DNA from: a virus
Length of the DNA: 64,000 nucleotides
Strand: one strand, 5' to 3'
IMG/VR virus record: IMGVR_UViG_3300035189_000033
Coordinates: 22,539-86,538 of that record
Of this stretch, positions 45,638 through 54,787 are shown in pieces. A program made the translations under genes and the position numbers. The stretch's first letter is position 1. Each line of letters opens with the position of its first letter. Under the pieces are notes generated by a model. That model was not told where the DNA came from. It was given only the letters and a program-made list of their open reading frames with translations, and ran no database searches.

Positions 45638-46636
45638 ATGCGTACCGATCCGCTTCATGTGTTCAAGACGTCGCCGGCGCTGTCGCCTGCCGCGTTGCAT
45701 GTCGTGACCTGCGTCGCCAACCCGATGCGGTGGGAGTCGCGGATCCGTTTGGCGAAGCGGTTCATCGAGCACATGCTTGACGCCGGGGTCGACGTGACGG
45801 TGGTGGAAACCGCGTACGGTGAACGGCCGTTCGAACTCGCCGAGATCCCGCACATCCGCCACGTGCCAACCCGCGCGGCCACGATGGCATGGTCGAAAGA
45901 AAGTTCGCTGAACGTGGGCATCCGCGCCTTGCCGGCGAGTGCCAAATATATCTGCTGGCCGGACGCAGATATTACATTCGCCTCACGGACATGGCCGACC
46001 GACATCCTGCACGGGCTGCAATTGATGCCGGTTCTGCAGCCATGGTCCGAGGCGCTGGATTTGGGGCCGAACGGCGAGGTCATGACGATCAAAGGCCAGG
46101 AGATCCAGCGGTCGTTCGGCTGGGTCTGGCGCGCCCACGGCAACGTCACCGACTGGTGGCAGAAGAAGCAGGCCGGTGAGCCGTACGCCTACCCGCATTC
46201 TGGTTATTGCTGGAGTGCGACGATGGACTGGTTCAACGCGGTCGGCGGGCTGCTCGACTTCAGCGGTTTGGGCGCCGGAGACCATCAAATGAGCATGTCG
46301 ATGGTGGGCCAGATCGAGAAAGCGATCCACGGCTTGTCGAGCCCCGGCTACGTCGCGCGGGTCAAAGCCTGGGGCGACCGCTGCTACGGCGTCACGAAAG
46401 GCCACGTCGGCTATGTGCAGGGGCGCATTGAGCATTCGTTTCATGGCGCAAAGGCCAACCGGCTCTATGTGGAGCGGTGGGACATCCTCAACAAATACGC
46501 CTTTGACCCGAACACCGACCTGATCTTGAACCGCTGGGGCATTCTCGAACTCGCCGGCAACAAGCCTGAGATGGAACGGGCATTTCAGGCTTATTTCAAG
46601 CAAAGGGACGAAGACAGCTACTATTCGGTGGTTTGA
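45638..46636 (+). CDS. GT-A fold glycosyltransferase-like protein
   Basis: WSKESSLNVG, ICWPDADITF (DxD), HSGYCW, GGL.D..GLGAGDH, H.FHG; GAGGT SD. Confidence 0.75.
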   Translation: MRTDPLHVFKTSPALSPAALHVVTCVANPMRWESRIRLAKRFIEHMLDAGVDVTVVETAYGERPFELAEIPHIRHVPTRAATMAWSKESSLNVGIRALPASAKYICWPDADITFASRTWPTDILHGLQLMPVLQPWSEALDLGPNGEVMTIKGQEIQRSFGWVWRAHGNVTDWWQKKQAGEPYAYPHSGYCWSATMDWFNAVGGLLDFSGLGAGDHQMSMSMVGQIEKAIHGLSSPGYVARVKAWGDRCYGVTKGHVGYVQGRIEHSFHGAKANRLYVERWDILNKYAFDPNTDLILNRWGILELAGNKPEMERAFQAYFKQRDEDSYYSVV

Positions 46637-46640
46637 ACAG

Positions 46641-47549
46641 ATGCCGCAAACCTACGCTTTCGTCACCATCGGCCACGCGGCCGATTTCGGACTACTCGAA
46701 TTGCAGGCCCGCTCGATGGCGCTCTATTGCCCGCCGGCGTTGGTGCATGAAATCCTCATCGTCGAGAACTTCGACGCACAGACGGCAATCGACTGGCGGC
46801 CCGCGCTGCTCAAGGCCTACGGACCGCTGGCGCATCTTGTTTGGTTTGTCGATCAGGCCACCCTCGCCCCGATGGAGGCGCGGCACGGCGGTTGGTGGCG
46901 GCAGCAGGTATTGAAGCTCGCGGTGGCCCGGGTGGTGACAGCCGAGCGGTATCTTGTGCTGGACTGCAAGAACCATCTGTTTCGCCCGCTCGAAGCCAGC
47001 TTTCTGGAGACCCCGGCCGGTCAGCCGAAGCTAAACGGCTACGGCTTCGAAAAGCACAGCCTGCGGGACGCGCTGATCCGCACGCTGGGCTATTTCGCGA
47101 TCGACGCGGCACCGTTCATTTCCCACTTTACGCGGACCTCGACCCCGTTTTTGATGCTGACAGCGGTCGCGCTGGAGGTTGTCGCGTATGTCGAACAGCG
47201 CGAAAAGCGACCGTTCGCCGAGGCGTTCCTGGATCTGCGCCTGACCGAGTTCTTCTTGTATTCGGCCTATCTGCAATCCAAGGGACGGCTGCAAAGCACG
47301 TATTCGATGACGCAGCCGTTTTGCGCCCAGATCTGGGAGTTTTCGGCGATCGAGGCGGGCGTTCGCGAGGCGCTTGGGCGGGCCGCAGAGATCAAGGGTG
47401 GGCCTTTCATCGCGGTGCATCCGCGCGCGTTGAAAGCCATGGGCGAGCCCGCGCGGCGCCTGGTTGCGGAGTTCTGGCACGCCGCCGGCCTGTTCCCGTC
47501 TGTCGCTGACGCAGCGACCGCCCAACTCAGCACGCGATCACGTGTCTGA
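46641..47549 (+). CDS. DUF6492-like putative glycosyltransferase
   Basis: GWWRQQVLKL...YLVLDCKN.LFRP, TPF, TEFFLY. Confidence 0.7.
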   Translation: MPQTYAFVTIGHAADFGLLELQARSMALYCPPALVHEILIVENFDAQTAIDWRPALLKAYGPLAHLVWFVDQATLAPMEARHGGWWRQQVLKLAVARVVTAERYLVLDCKNHLFRPLEASFLETPAGQPKLNGYGFEKHSLRDALIRTLGYFAIDAAPFISHFTRTSTPFLMLTAVALEVVAYVEQREKRPFAEAFLDLRLTEFFLYSAYLQSKGRLQSTYSMTQPFCAQIWEFSAIEAGVREALGRAAEIKGGPFIAVHPRALKAMGEPARRLVAEFWHAAGLFPSVADAATAQLSTRSRV

Positions 47550-47979
47550 CGATCTCGTTTCCTTTCTAACGGCAATCCCGGGCGCTGCCTATGCGGCCGT
47601 CGCGGCTATCGCCAGCAGCGGTCTGACTTGGTGGCTGGGAATACGCACCCTGCGCAGCACGGCCCAGCAAGCGCGCCTGAAGATGATAGAAGAGATGGCC
47701 GCCAGCGAGCAGGCCGACCGCAACCAGTTCCGCCAGACCCTCATGGAAGATCTGGGGCAAATGCGCGCCCTGCAAAAAGAGTGCGAGCTGGATCGCATAC
47801 ATTTGCGGGGCATGATCAACGCGAACGAGAAACAGATCAGCGTGCTCAAGGCATCGGCCGAGATCATGCAGCGGTGGCTGGATTTTTTCCGCAAGGCCGA
47901 AACGACCAACCCAGGCACGCTCACCGCACTGCTCTCGGCCCTGCCGATCGGCCCGATCGACCCGGAGTGGAAGCCTTGA
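47542..47979 (+). CDS. Membrane-anchored coiled-coil protein
   Basis: GTG start overlapping the previous gene; N-terminal TM then heptads. Confidence 0.65.
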   Translation: MSDDLVSFLTAIPGAAYAAVAAIASSGLTWWLGIRTLRSTAQQARLKMIEEMAASEQADRNQFRQTLMEDLGQMRALQKECELDRIHLRGMINANEKQISVLKASAEIMQRWLDFFRKAETTNPGTLTALLSALPIGPIDPEWKP

Positions 47980-48371
47980 GCAGCCTCGTTCTTGTCGTAG
48001 ATGACGAATTGATCAACCGCGAGATCATCGGCAGCTTCGTCTCGCACACCGGCCGGCGCATCTGTCTTGCGGCCAGCGGCGCGCAGGCGTTGGAACTGGC
48101 CGCTGCACAGCGGTTTGACCTGATCCTGATGGACATCCGCCTCGGCGCCGGCATGAGCGGGCTTGAGGCGGCACGTCATATCCGCGCCACAGCGGGGCCA
48201 TGTCGGTTCACGCTGATCCTCGCACTAACGGTCAACGACAGCGCCGAGAAGGCCAGGGCATGCCTGGCCGCGGGCATGGACGGGGTGATTATCAAGCCGA
48301 TCTCGTACGAGGCGCTGTCGAGCGCGCTCAATGAGTGGGATCTGGGCGGCACACATGGGCCTGGTGCTTGA
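47976..48371 (+). CDS. Stand-alone response regulator receiver (REC) domain
   Basis: TTGA-coupled; VLVVDD, LILMDI, ALT, IIKP residues intact. Confidence 0.9.
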   Translation: MSSLVLVVDDELINREIIGSFVSHTGRRICLAASGAQALELAAAQRFDLILMDIRLGAGMSGLEAARHIRATAGPCRFTLILALTVNDSAEKARACLAAGMDGVIIKPISYEALSSALNEWDLGGTHGPGA

Positions 48372-48729
48372 TCTGCAAAGCTGCACCCTGTCAGACGGCG
48401 AGCGTTCGATCCGGTTCACAAGACATCAGGCGCGGATTCTCGCCCGGCTCGCCAATGGTCCGGTCGGAATGTCCGAACAGGGCGACAGCCAGGAATGGTG
48501 CGGCCTGCGCGTGCATATCTGCACGATCCGCAAACGGCTGCGCGCTGGCGGCTTTGCGCCGCTGATCGCCAACACGGTCGGGGCCTACCACCTGTTGGTT
48601 CCGGTCGCGGTGACCGGTGCCGCCGTGGCTGGGGTCGTTGTCCCGGGCCACATGGTCGCCGCGCTGCGCACGCTGCTCTGGTCGCATCCCGATCACGCGG
48701 CGGCCGAGCCGTTCCTGGTTATGTTTTGA
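48355..48729 (+). CDS. OmpR-type winged-helix DNA-binding protein
   Basis: IRFTRHQARILARL...LRVHICTIRKRL...IANTVGAYHL. Confidence 0.7.
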   Translation: MGLVLDLQSCTLSDGERSIRFTRHQARILARLANGPVGMSEQGDSQEWCGLRVHICTIRKRLRAGGFAPLIANTVGAYHLLVPVAVTGAAVAGVVVPGHMVAALRTLLWSHPDHAAAEPFLVMF

Positions 48730-48743
48730 CGCGGCGGGCTCGA

Positions 48744-50066
48744 TCAGGGCGCGTCCTCGATTACCGTGCGGGTGGAAAATTCGATCAGGCGGACCGGGCG
48801 CCCGCTTTTGCGGGCGAGATTGCGGGCTAACGAGCGATAGCTTTCGATCCGGACGCGGTCGGCGCCGACGAGCGGGCAGAAGAGATCGATCCCGGTCATA
48901 GCAAACGGGTGAGCGACGATGCCCTCGCCGCCATCGGCCGCGGTGCCGACCCAGGCATACAGCCGCTCGATGGTTTGGCCTGTGCCCGTTTTCGGGTCAG
49001 CCATCTGCGGTGCATTCCTCGATGAACGCGCGTGTCTCGTTCAGCGTGCCGTAGACCGCGATGTTGACCGAGCGTCGGGTCATCGGCAGCGTCGGGACGG
49101 TCTGCTCGTGCTTGCCGAGATCGCTCATGAGCGAAGTGATCGCCTGTATTGGATCTCCGAGATCGAGGTATTCCAGCGCCCGCTGGCGGCACCACGCCAG
49201 ATGGGCTTCGCGGCCGTCGAAGTCAGGCATGGGCACTCATCGATCCGCCGCCTTTCGCGGTTCTGGCTCCATCTCTGCTTCGGCCGCCGCCACCAAAACC
49301 GAGATCAGCGGCCAGTTCCGCATCTGAAATGCGCCGACGCACAGGAACAGCAGCACTTCGTTGAGGCGCCGCCCCAGAAGGACCAGCCGAATGTGATAGA
49401 TGCACATCCCCAGGTTGAGCGCAGTCGATGCCAACATGACGATGGCGAGCAGGCTCATCGGGGCCGCTCGCTCTCGGGCGCTGGTATCCCCTCCGGGGCC
49501 GGCCAGACCGGGCGTTCGCCGACGGATGACTCGATGATGTCGGACACGATATCGCGCATCAGTCCCATGAAGGTGGCTTTGTGCTGCGGATCGGTCACCA
49601 CCGCCATTTGGATTGTCGCCAGCAGTAGCGCGCCGTCCATCGTCTCCGGCGAGGCAACATAAGCATGCCAGAATTCGCCTTCCTCGCGGAACGCCAGGCG
49701 GGCGGCGATCTGCGCTTTCGGATCGGGCGCTTCCTGTCGGCGTCCCGCTCTGTGCCGCACCTCGGGGTTCAGCAGATGCGCGAATGTCTCACGCCCTTCC
49801 TGGCTGGCCGCGAAGGCATCGCTTTCTTCCTTAGTGGCGTCGAACTCGCCGTTCATGTGCCGCGCCAGCACCGTGCGCACGGCGAGGCGGCGCAGTTCAG
49901 ATAATGACGGCGCCTCGGCGAACGTGCGCAGGTCGTGTGCAAGCTGCACACTCGGTGTGTCGAGCGGGGAGACGAAGTCGTGGTAGTAGCCGGTGGCGGC
50001 CTTGTTTGCCATCTCGTTGAGCCCGGCCGCGCGGAGCGCTTCGACCAGACGGTCCGTTGATTCCAT
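48744..50066 (-). CDS. Four leftward small hypothetical genes (48744-49004, 48997-49236, 49237-49458, 49455-50066)
   Basis: Coupled ORFs; GGAGG SD before 50066. Confidence 0.65.
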
Positions 50067-50246
50067 CCCAACCTCCTCGCATACGATTCCCGTTGCAGGG
50101 CTTCACGTTTACAGCACGCTCAAATTTTATGAAGAAAGCAGCGCGGTCGGACGGAGCCGACGCGGAAATCCCGGTTACCGCATCACCGGATTGGTGTAAA
50201 CCCCCGCCCGGCGAGCGATAAATTAATTATCGGGGGGGCGGCGCCA

Positions 50247-50843
50247 ATGACGGCTGAAGGAAGCATCGGCGAGGCGGCGGTCGCCCTGATCCGCATGCGG
50301 GCGCGCAGCGGCATCACAACCGGCCACGACCAGCACCCGGTCGAGCGGGCCTATCTGCGCCGCTGCACGCATTTTCACTGGCGCACGGGGACGGTGGTGA
50401 TGTTCACACGCGACACCGGGCACCATTCCAGCGGGTGGATGAAGAACCCGGATTTTGAGCATTGTCGGCATTTATCCCTGTCATTCCGCCAGCCCTACCC
50501 GGAACGCGACCCGGCGAGCCTTGCCAATGTCCACACGCTCGGGACGCTCATGCGCAACGCGGACCGGATCATGGAACTTGCGCCGTTCGACCCGGGGCTG
50601 GCTGCAGAATGGGTGAAGCTGATCCACGGCGAGGACCGGCGCCTGGCCTGGGAGGAAGGGCCGTTTTCGCGGGAGGGCCAGCAACTGTCGGTTCGCCATT
50701 ACCGCGTGTTCACCGATCCATCCGGGGCGGCGATCAAGCCGCGCGGGGAGGTGTATAATACGGAATTGACGGAGCTAGGCTGGAAATCATGGTCCGAGGT
50801 GCAGGGCGAGTCTGCGCCGCGGAACTGGGTGGATGCTGAGTAA
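50247..50843 (+). CDS. Conserved hypothetical phage protein
   Basis: FTRDTGHHSSGWMKNPDFEHCRHLSLSF; stop codon supplied by the IS end. Confidence 0.75.
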   Translation: MTAEGSIGEAAVALIRMRARSGITTGHDQHPVERAYLRRCTHFHWRTGTVVMFTRDTGHHSSGWMKNPDFEHCRHLSLSFRQPYPERDPASLANVHTLGTLMRNADRIMELAPFDPGLAAEWVKLIHGEDRRLAWEEGPFSREGQQLSVRHYRVFTDPSGAAIKPRGEVYNTELTELGWKSWSEVQGESAPRNWVDAE

Positions 50844-52086
50844 TGTACCGTCAGCTAAAGCAGACGGCTTTGCCCTACCGCTTACGCGGCGAGCACATCA
50901 GGGCTCATTACTCGCCCATGTGCCAGCAACGCCCGCGAACGGATGTTGTCGGCCGCGTTCTTGTCGGCCGGCGCTTGGCGCCCACACGAAATGCAGTGAA
51001 ACCGGGCCTGGTCCGGTCTGTTCCGCTTGTCGATACAGCCGCACGCGGCGCACTCACGCGACGTGTTACGGGGATCGACGCAGGTCAATGGCACACCAAC
51101 GCGCTTTGCCTTGTAGCTGGTAAAGGCGCGCGTTTGGCCAAAGGCCCAGTTGGAGAGACGGGCTCGTTGGCAGCGTCGGGCCGTGACCCGGCTGCGAATG
51201 CCTCGAAGCTCTTCGAGGGCAATGCCGCGACCGGTGCGTTGCGCTTCCTGGACGAGAGCCTTGGATATCACGTGGTTCTGGTGGGTCTGGTATCTCCTCT
51301 GTTTGCCAGCCAGCTTACGAAGGCGGCGCTTCGCACCCTTGGTGCCGATCCTTTGCAGATCAGTCCGGCGTTTCTGATGCCGGCGCCGCTGTGTCTCGAC
51401 ATCATCCCCGGTGTAAACGCGGCCGTCACTGTCAACCGCGAGACTGACGATCCCGAGGTCAACACCAAGCCAGTCCTCCGCCTTAAATTCCTCGGTTTCG
51501 GGAATGTCGCAGGTTGCGGCCAGCATCCACTTGCCGCGGACGAAGCACAGATCGACCTCGCCTTTGCGGAAGGCCATCAACCGCTTCTGGTGCTCGCCCA
51601 TCACGATGGGCACGACCAAGCGACCCTCAATCGTCCACAAGCTGACCGCACTGCCATCCTTGACGAAGCGGATTATCCGATCGTCGTAAGGCTGGGCGGC
51701 GTCGGGGCGGAAGACTGGGGCGACTTCGCGGCTGACCTTGAAAGCGTCGGCAACCTTGGAGATGGACCGGACCGCGGCCTGGGCTGTCAGACCGAACCGT
51801 TCCCTGATCGCCGCATAGCCCATTTTGTGCAGGTCGTATTGCCGGAACGTCTGGCTCTCAAAGCCACGCTCGGCAAGCCAGGAACACGCCGCGTTGCACC
51901 GGTTCAGCGTCGCAGCAAGGCATATAGCATGCTGCGGCGTCGGCAGCATCTTGAGGGCGGCAACAAGCTTCATTCCGTCAAGTATGGAAGACTTCCGGTG
52001 CGCCATCCAGTAACAGAGAGGCGAACTGCGTTCGCCGCCGCTATCCCTCCGTCGCCTGAAGGCGACGGTTTCTCGCGGAGTCCCCT
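50840..52086 (-). mobile_element. Non-autonomous IS200/IS605-family (tnpB-only, IS1341-like) element
   Basis: Subterminal hairpins CCGTC...GACGG at 50848-50867 and 52049-52068; right end ...ACATTAC; no tnpA; empty site reconstructs cleanly. Confidence 0.8.
50882..51973 (-). CDS. tnpB: TnpB RNA-guided endonuclease
   Basis: GVDLG (RuvC-I), IALEEL (RuvC-II), TSRECAACG...FHCISCG zinc finger, ADKNAADNI (RuvC-III). Confidence 0.93.
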   Translation of the reverse strand: MKLVAALKMLPTPQHAICLAATLNRCNAACSWLAERGFESQTFRQYDLHKMGYAAIRERFGLTAQAAVRSISKVADAFKVSREVAPVFRPDAAQPYDDRIIRFVKDGSAVSLWTIEGRLVVPIVMGEHQKRLMAFRKGEVDLCFVRGKWMLAATCDIPETEEFKAEDWLGVDLGIVSLAVDSDGRVYTGDDVETQRRRHQKRRTDLQRIGTKGAKRRLRKLAGKQRRYQTHQNHVISKALVQEAQRTGRGIALEELRGIRSRVTARRCQRARLSNWAFGQTRAFTSYKAKRVGVPLTCVDPRNTSRECAACGCIDKRNRPDQARFHCISCGRQAPADKNAADNIRSRALLAHGRVMSPDVLAA

Positions 52087-52090
52087 ATGA

Positions 52091-52387
52091 TCAGCGCCTG
52101 GGCAGCGTGATCCCGAGCCGGGTGATGACCGCCTTCGCCCGTTCCTGCGCGCCGGCTTCGCTGCTTCCCATGCCCACCGCATTGAGCGATTCGATGTCCT
52201 GGCGGAGATCGGCATCGAGGTCCGAAGATCCGGCGAGGTAGCCGCGATAGGCGTCGGGATGGTCGCGCTTGATCCGGCGGACGGCGGTGAAGCAGGTTTT
52301 GCGGAGCGGCATGGGAGATTCGATACGAGTCGCTGGGCGTGGAACGCAAGGTGATTGTTGCCGACGACGAGCCCAAATCTGCGGCAA
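52091..52387 (-). CDS. Small hypothetical protein (start uncertain)
   Basis: Stop abuts the IS left end, convergent with the 50247 gene. Confidence 0.45.
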   Translation of the reverse strand: MPQIWARRRQQSPCVPRPATRIESPMPLRKTCFTAVRRIKRDHPDAYRGYLAGSSDLDADLRQDIESLNAVGMGSSEAGAQERAKAVITRLGITLPRR

Positions 52388-52560
52388 ATCGGCGTGCCGC
52401 CGTTTCGCAGATTGGCCGCCGATTTCGGGAACAACATGGGAACATCCTATTTGTAGAAACGCGGCGGCATGTGGCCGATTTCCGCCATTTCACAATTGAT
52501 TGAGCAAATGGACCGTCAATATAGTATTGAAATATAAGAGAAATTTTCCGAGCAGTCCGA

Positions 52561-52606
52561 ACTACGAATCTGGGGGTTGGAAGTTCGAGTCTTTCCGGGC
52601 GCGCCA
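52561..52606 (+). other. attP core: 3' half of tRNA-Arg(ACG)
   Basis: ACTACGAATCTGGGGG...GTTCGAGTC...GGGCGCGCCA (anticodon loop, T-arm, CCA) with no 5' half; next to integrase; CATTTGT-like arm repeats on both sides. Confidence 0.9.
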
Positions 52607-52633
52607 TAACACTCTGAAAAAACTCACAAAAGA

Positions 52634-53860
52634 TCAGGTTTTTCGTTTCGTGGCACGGCCGTTCATTTGTCCATTTGTGGTTTCATTTGTGGAAACCCCG
52701 CCCCTGTCGCGGCGCGATTGAGCCTCAGACTCTCGCGCCGTTTCGTCCGACAACCGCACGACCCGAGGCCCCTTCTTCTCGGACGCTTCCCAAGCCTCGA
52801 TCCCGCCCAGCGCCACCTCGGTCCGACGCGGCAGATAGGTGTCGATGATCCGCTGGCAGTAATCGATCTGGTGCCCTGACACGGCGGCGATCTGCGGCGT
52901 CGTTGCCCCACCCTCGGCCATGCGGACAATCCCCGTCCGGCGAAGGTCGCGCCGCTGTCGGTGGCGCTGCGCCAACTCCTCGTCGACCTTCCGTTGCACC
53001 CAGCCGCGCGCCTTCAACTCGGCGGCCAGCTTCACGTCGGCGTCGGCAAGATCATGGTCCCATGCGCGCGATGCGTTCCGCCGGCTCCATTCCCGTCCGC
53101 GCGGGCTCGGCACCAGCAGCATGGTCTTCAACTGCCGATCGGTGCCTCTCTCCGGGATCGTCACATCCTCGGCCAAGCGTTGGCGCAACAGAACCGCCAA
53201 CGCATCGTGCACCGGGATGCCAACCAACTCGTCGGTTTTGGACTGGCGCAGGGTAATGTAGAGGCGGCCTTGGTGTTCCTGAACCTGATTGAGTGTCATC
53301 TTCAGCACGTCCGAAAGCCGCTGGCAGGTGTAGAGCATCAGCATGAACAGCAGTTTCAGGCGCGGGCGGAAATACGCGACGTATCGCGTCTCTTCCTCGC
53401 GGCTCCAAACCTCGATCCTGGCGCGGACTTCCAGCTTGCCGATGCCGGCGGCGGGATTGTAATGGACCGTGCCCTGGCTCATCGCCAGTTTGAACAGGAT
53501 CGACAGCAGCGCCAGCGCCCCATTGAACTTGGACGGTTGCGCAGACAGAGACTCCTTGAATTCCAGGATCACGACCGGCGTGAAACTGCGAATCTTCATG
53601 TCGCCGAATGTGGCACCGAGGAAGTCGAGGGTGCTGCCATAAGTTTCGCGGGTGCGCGGCATGCGGGTTTTGAACTGGTTCGATGCCCGATAGGCCAGGA
53701 TCAGCGCCGCCATGCTGTCGGCTTGGACCAATGGCGCGACGGTCGCACACTCCTTGCCAAGCAACGCACGGGTGACGCGATCGTAGAGATAAACGACCGT
53801 CGAGCCGTCTTTCAGTTTACGGACTTCGCGCCTTGGTCCGTCCTTGCGTTGTCTGGGCAT
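52634..53860 (-). CDS. int: Tyrosine integrase
   Basis: CQRLSD (R), QSKT (K), RRDLRRT, SGH, YL; start MPRQRK at 53860. Confidence 0.93.
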   Translation of the reverse strand: MPRQRKDGPRREVRKLKDGSTVVYLYDRVTRALLGKECATVAPLVQADSMAALILAYRASNQFKTRMPRTRETYGSTLDFLGATFGDMKIRSFTPVVILEFKESLSAQPSKFNGALALLSILFKLAMSQGTVHYNPAAGIGKLEVRARIEVWSREEETRYVAYFRPRLKLLFMLMLYTCQRLSDVLKMTLNQVQEHQGRLYITLRQSKTDELVGIPVHDALAVLLRQRLAEDVTIPERGTDRQLKTMLLVPSPRGREWSRRNASRAWDHDLADADVKLAAELKARGWVQRKVDEELAQRHRQRRDLRRTGIVRMAEGGATTPQIAAVSGHQIDYCQRIIDTYLPRRTEVALGGIEAWEASEKKGPRVVRLSDETARESEAQSRRDRGGVSTNETTNGQMNGRATKRKT

Positions 53861-54152
53861 GGAGCTGGATTCTCCGGGTGATTTCGCCTGGTGGGATGAC
53901 CGGATGCGGCGCCCGCGCCTGATCCGGGTCTTCCAATCCAGCAGCACGATCGAGCGCGAGGTCAAGCAACCGCCGATCCCAGGTGCGCAACCCCTGGTTA
54001 GGGCCGCGCCGCTCCGCATCCGGCCATTTCCCGCATCGCACTTCGTAGAGGAACATGTCGGGCGACACGCCGACATAGGCCGCAGCCAGGGTCAGCGACA
54101 GCATGCGCGGCCAGTGGGGAAGCTGGTCAAGCGCGAGGGATTTACGGCTCAT
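53817..54152 (-). CDS. Excisionase-like HTH
   Basis: WPRMLSLTLAAAYVGVS...WDRRLLD, overlapping the int 5' end. Confidence 0.75.
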   Translation of the reverse strand: MSRKSLALDQLPHWPRMLSLTLAAAYVGVSPDMFLYEVRCGKWPDAERRGPNQGLRTWDRRLLDLALDRAAGLEDPDQARAPHPVIPPGEITRRIQLHAQTTQGRTKARSP

Positions 54153-54197
54153 CGGGGTCCGTCCGTGGCGAGGTAAAATGCGGGGGCGAATTTTGCC

Positions 54198-54719
54198 TCA
54201 ATGCTTGGTGCTCCGGTTGAGCATCATGGAGTCCCCGAAAAGGCCGACCCATTGCGCGATCGCGTCCGTATCGGGGTTCAGTTCGCCCTTGGCGATCATC
54301 GCCACCGCGGCGGCCACCTTCGCCGTGGCCTCGGCGTCGGTTTCCACAATCATCTGGGCGCCGAAGTTGGCCGGCATCAGCACCTCGAACGCCATCTCGT
54401 CGAACATCGGCTGGCGCGGTTCGTCAGGGTCGAGCGCCATCAGCATCATCTCGTGCGTCGCACCATCGAAGTAGCAGACGGGCGGCGGCTGCCCCTCGAC
54501 CGGGCGCAGACTGACCAGCGACAGCACGTAGCTGTGCCACAGCGGATGCGCCCAGGGCGCCTCGATCAGCCACAGCGCGACGCCGCCGAGCGCCTTCGCC
54601 GCCTCGAACTGCGAGATATCGACCTGCCAGATGCGGGTGTGCACGGTTTCGATCGTCGGTGGGATGGTGATGATGTCGGCTCGCCATGGCGGCACGGGGT
54701 TGTCGTTTTGCGTTTCCAT
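54198..54719 (-). CDS. Hypothetical protein
   Basis: GGAGG SD; WLIEAPWAHPLWHSY motif. Confidence 0.7.
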   Translation of the reverse strand: METQNDNPVPPWRADIITIPPTIETVHTRIWQVDISQFEAAKALGGVALWLIEAPWAHPLWHSYVLSLVSLRPVEGQPPPVCYFDGATHEMMLMALDPDEPRQPMFDEMAFEVLMPANFGAQMIVETDAEATAKVAAAVAMIAKGELNPDTDAIAQWVGLFGDSMMLNRSTKH

Positions 54720-54787
54720 GCGGTTGCCTCCGGTTTTGTCGGCTTCTGGCGGCGGGCGTTTTGCCCCCCGGGCTGCTCTAAGGAGGC

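Noticed and set aside
50843-52090. 415-aa plus-strand ORF
   Set aside because: Antisense shadow of tnpB with no domain motifs
52530-52606. Functional tRNA-Arg gene
   Set aside because: The 5' acceptor strand and D-arm are absent; only the 3' half is present, which fits attP
52041-52607. ORF starting MARPERLELPTPRFVV
   Set aside because: Typical antisense translation of a tRNA 3' end, running across attP and the IS end
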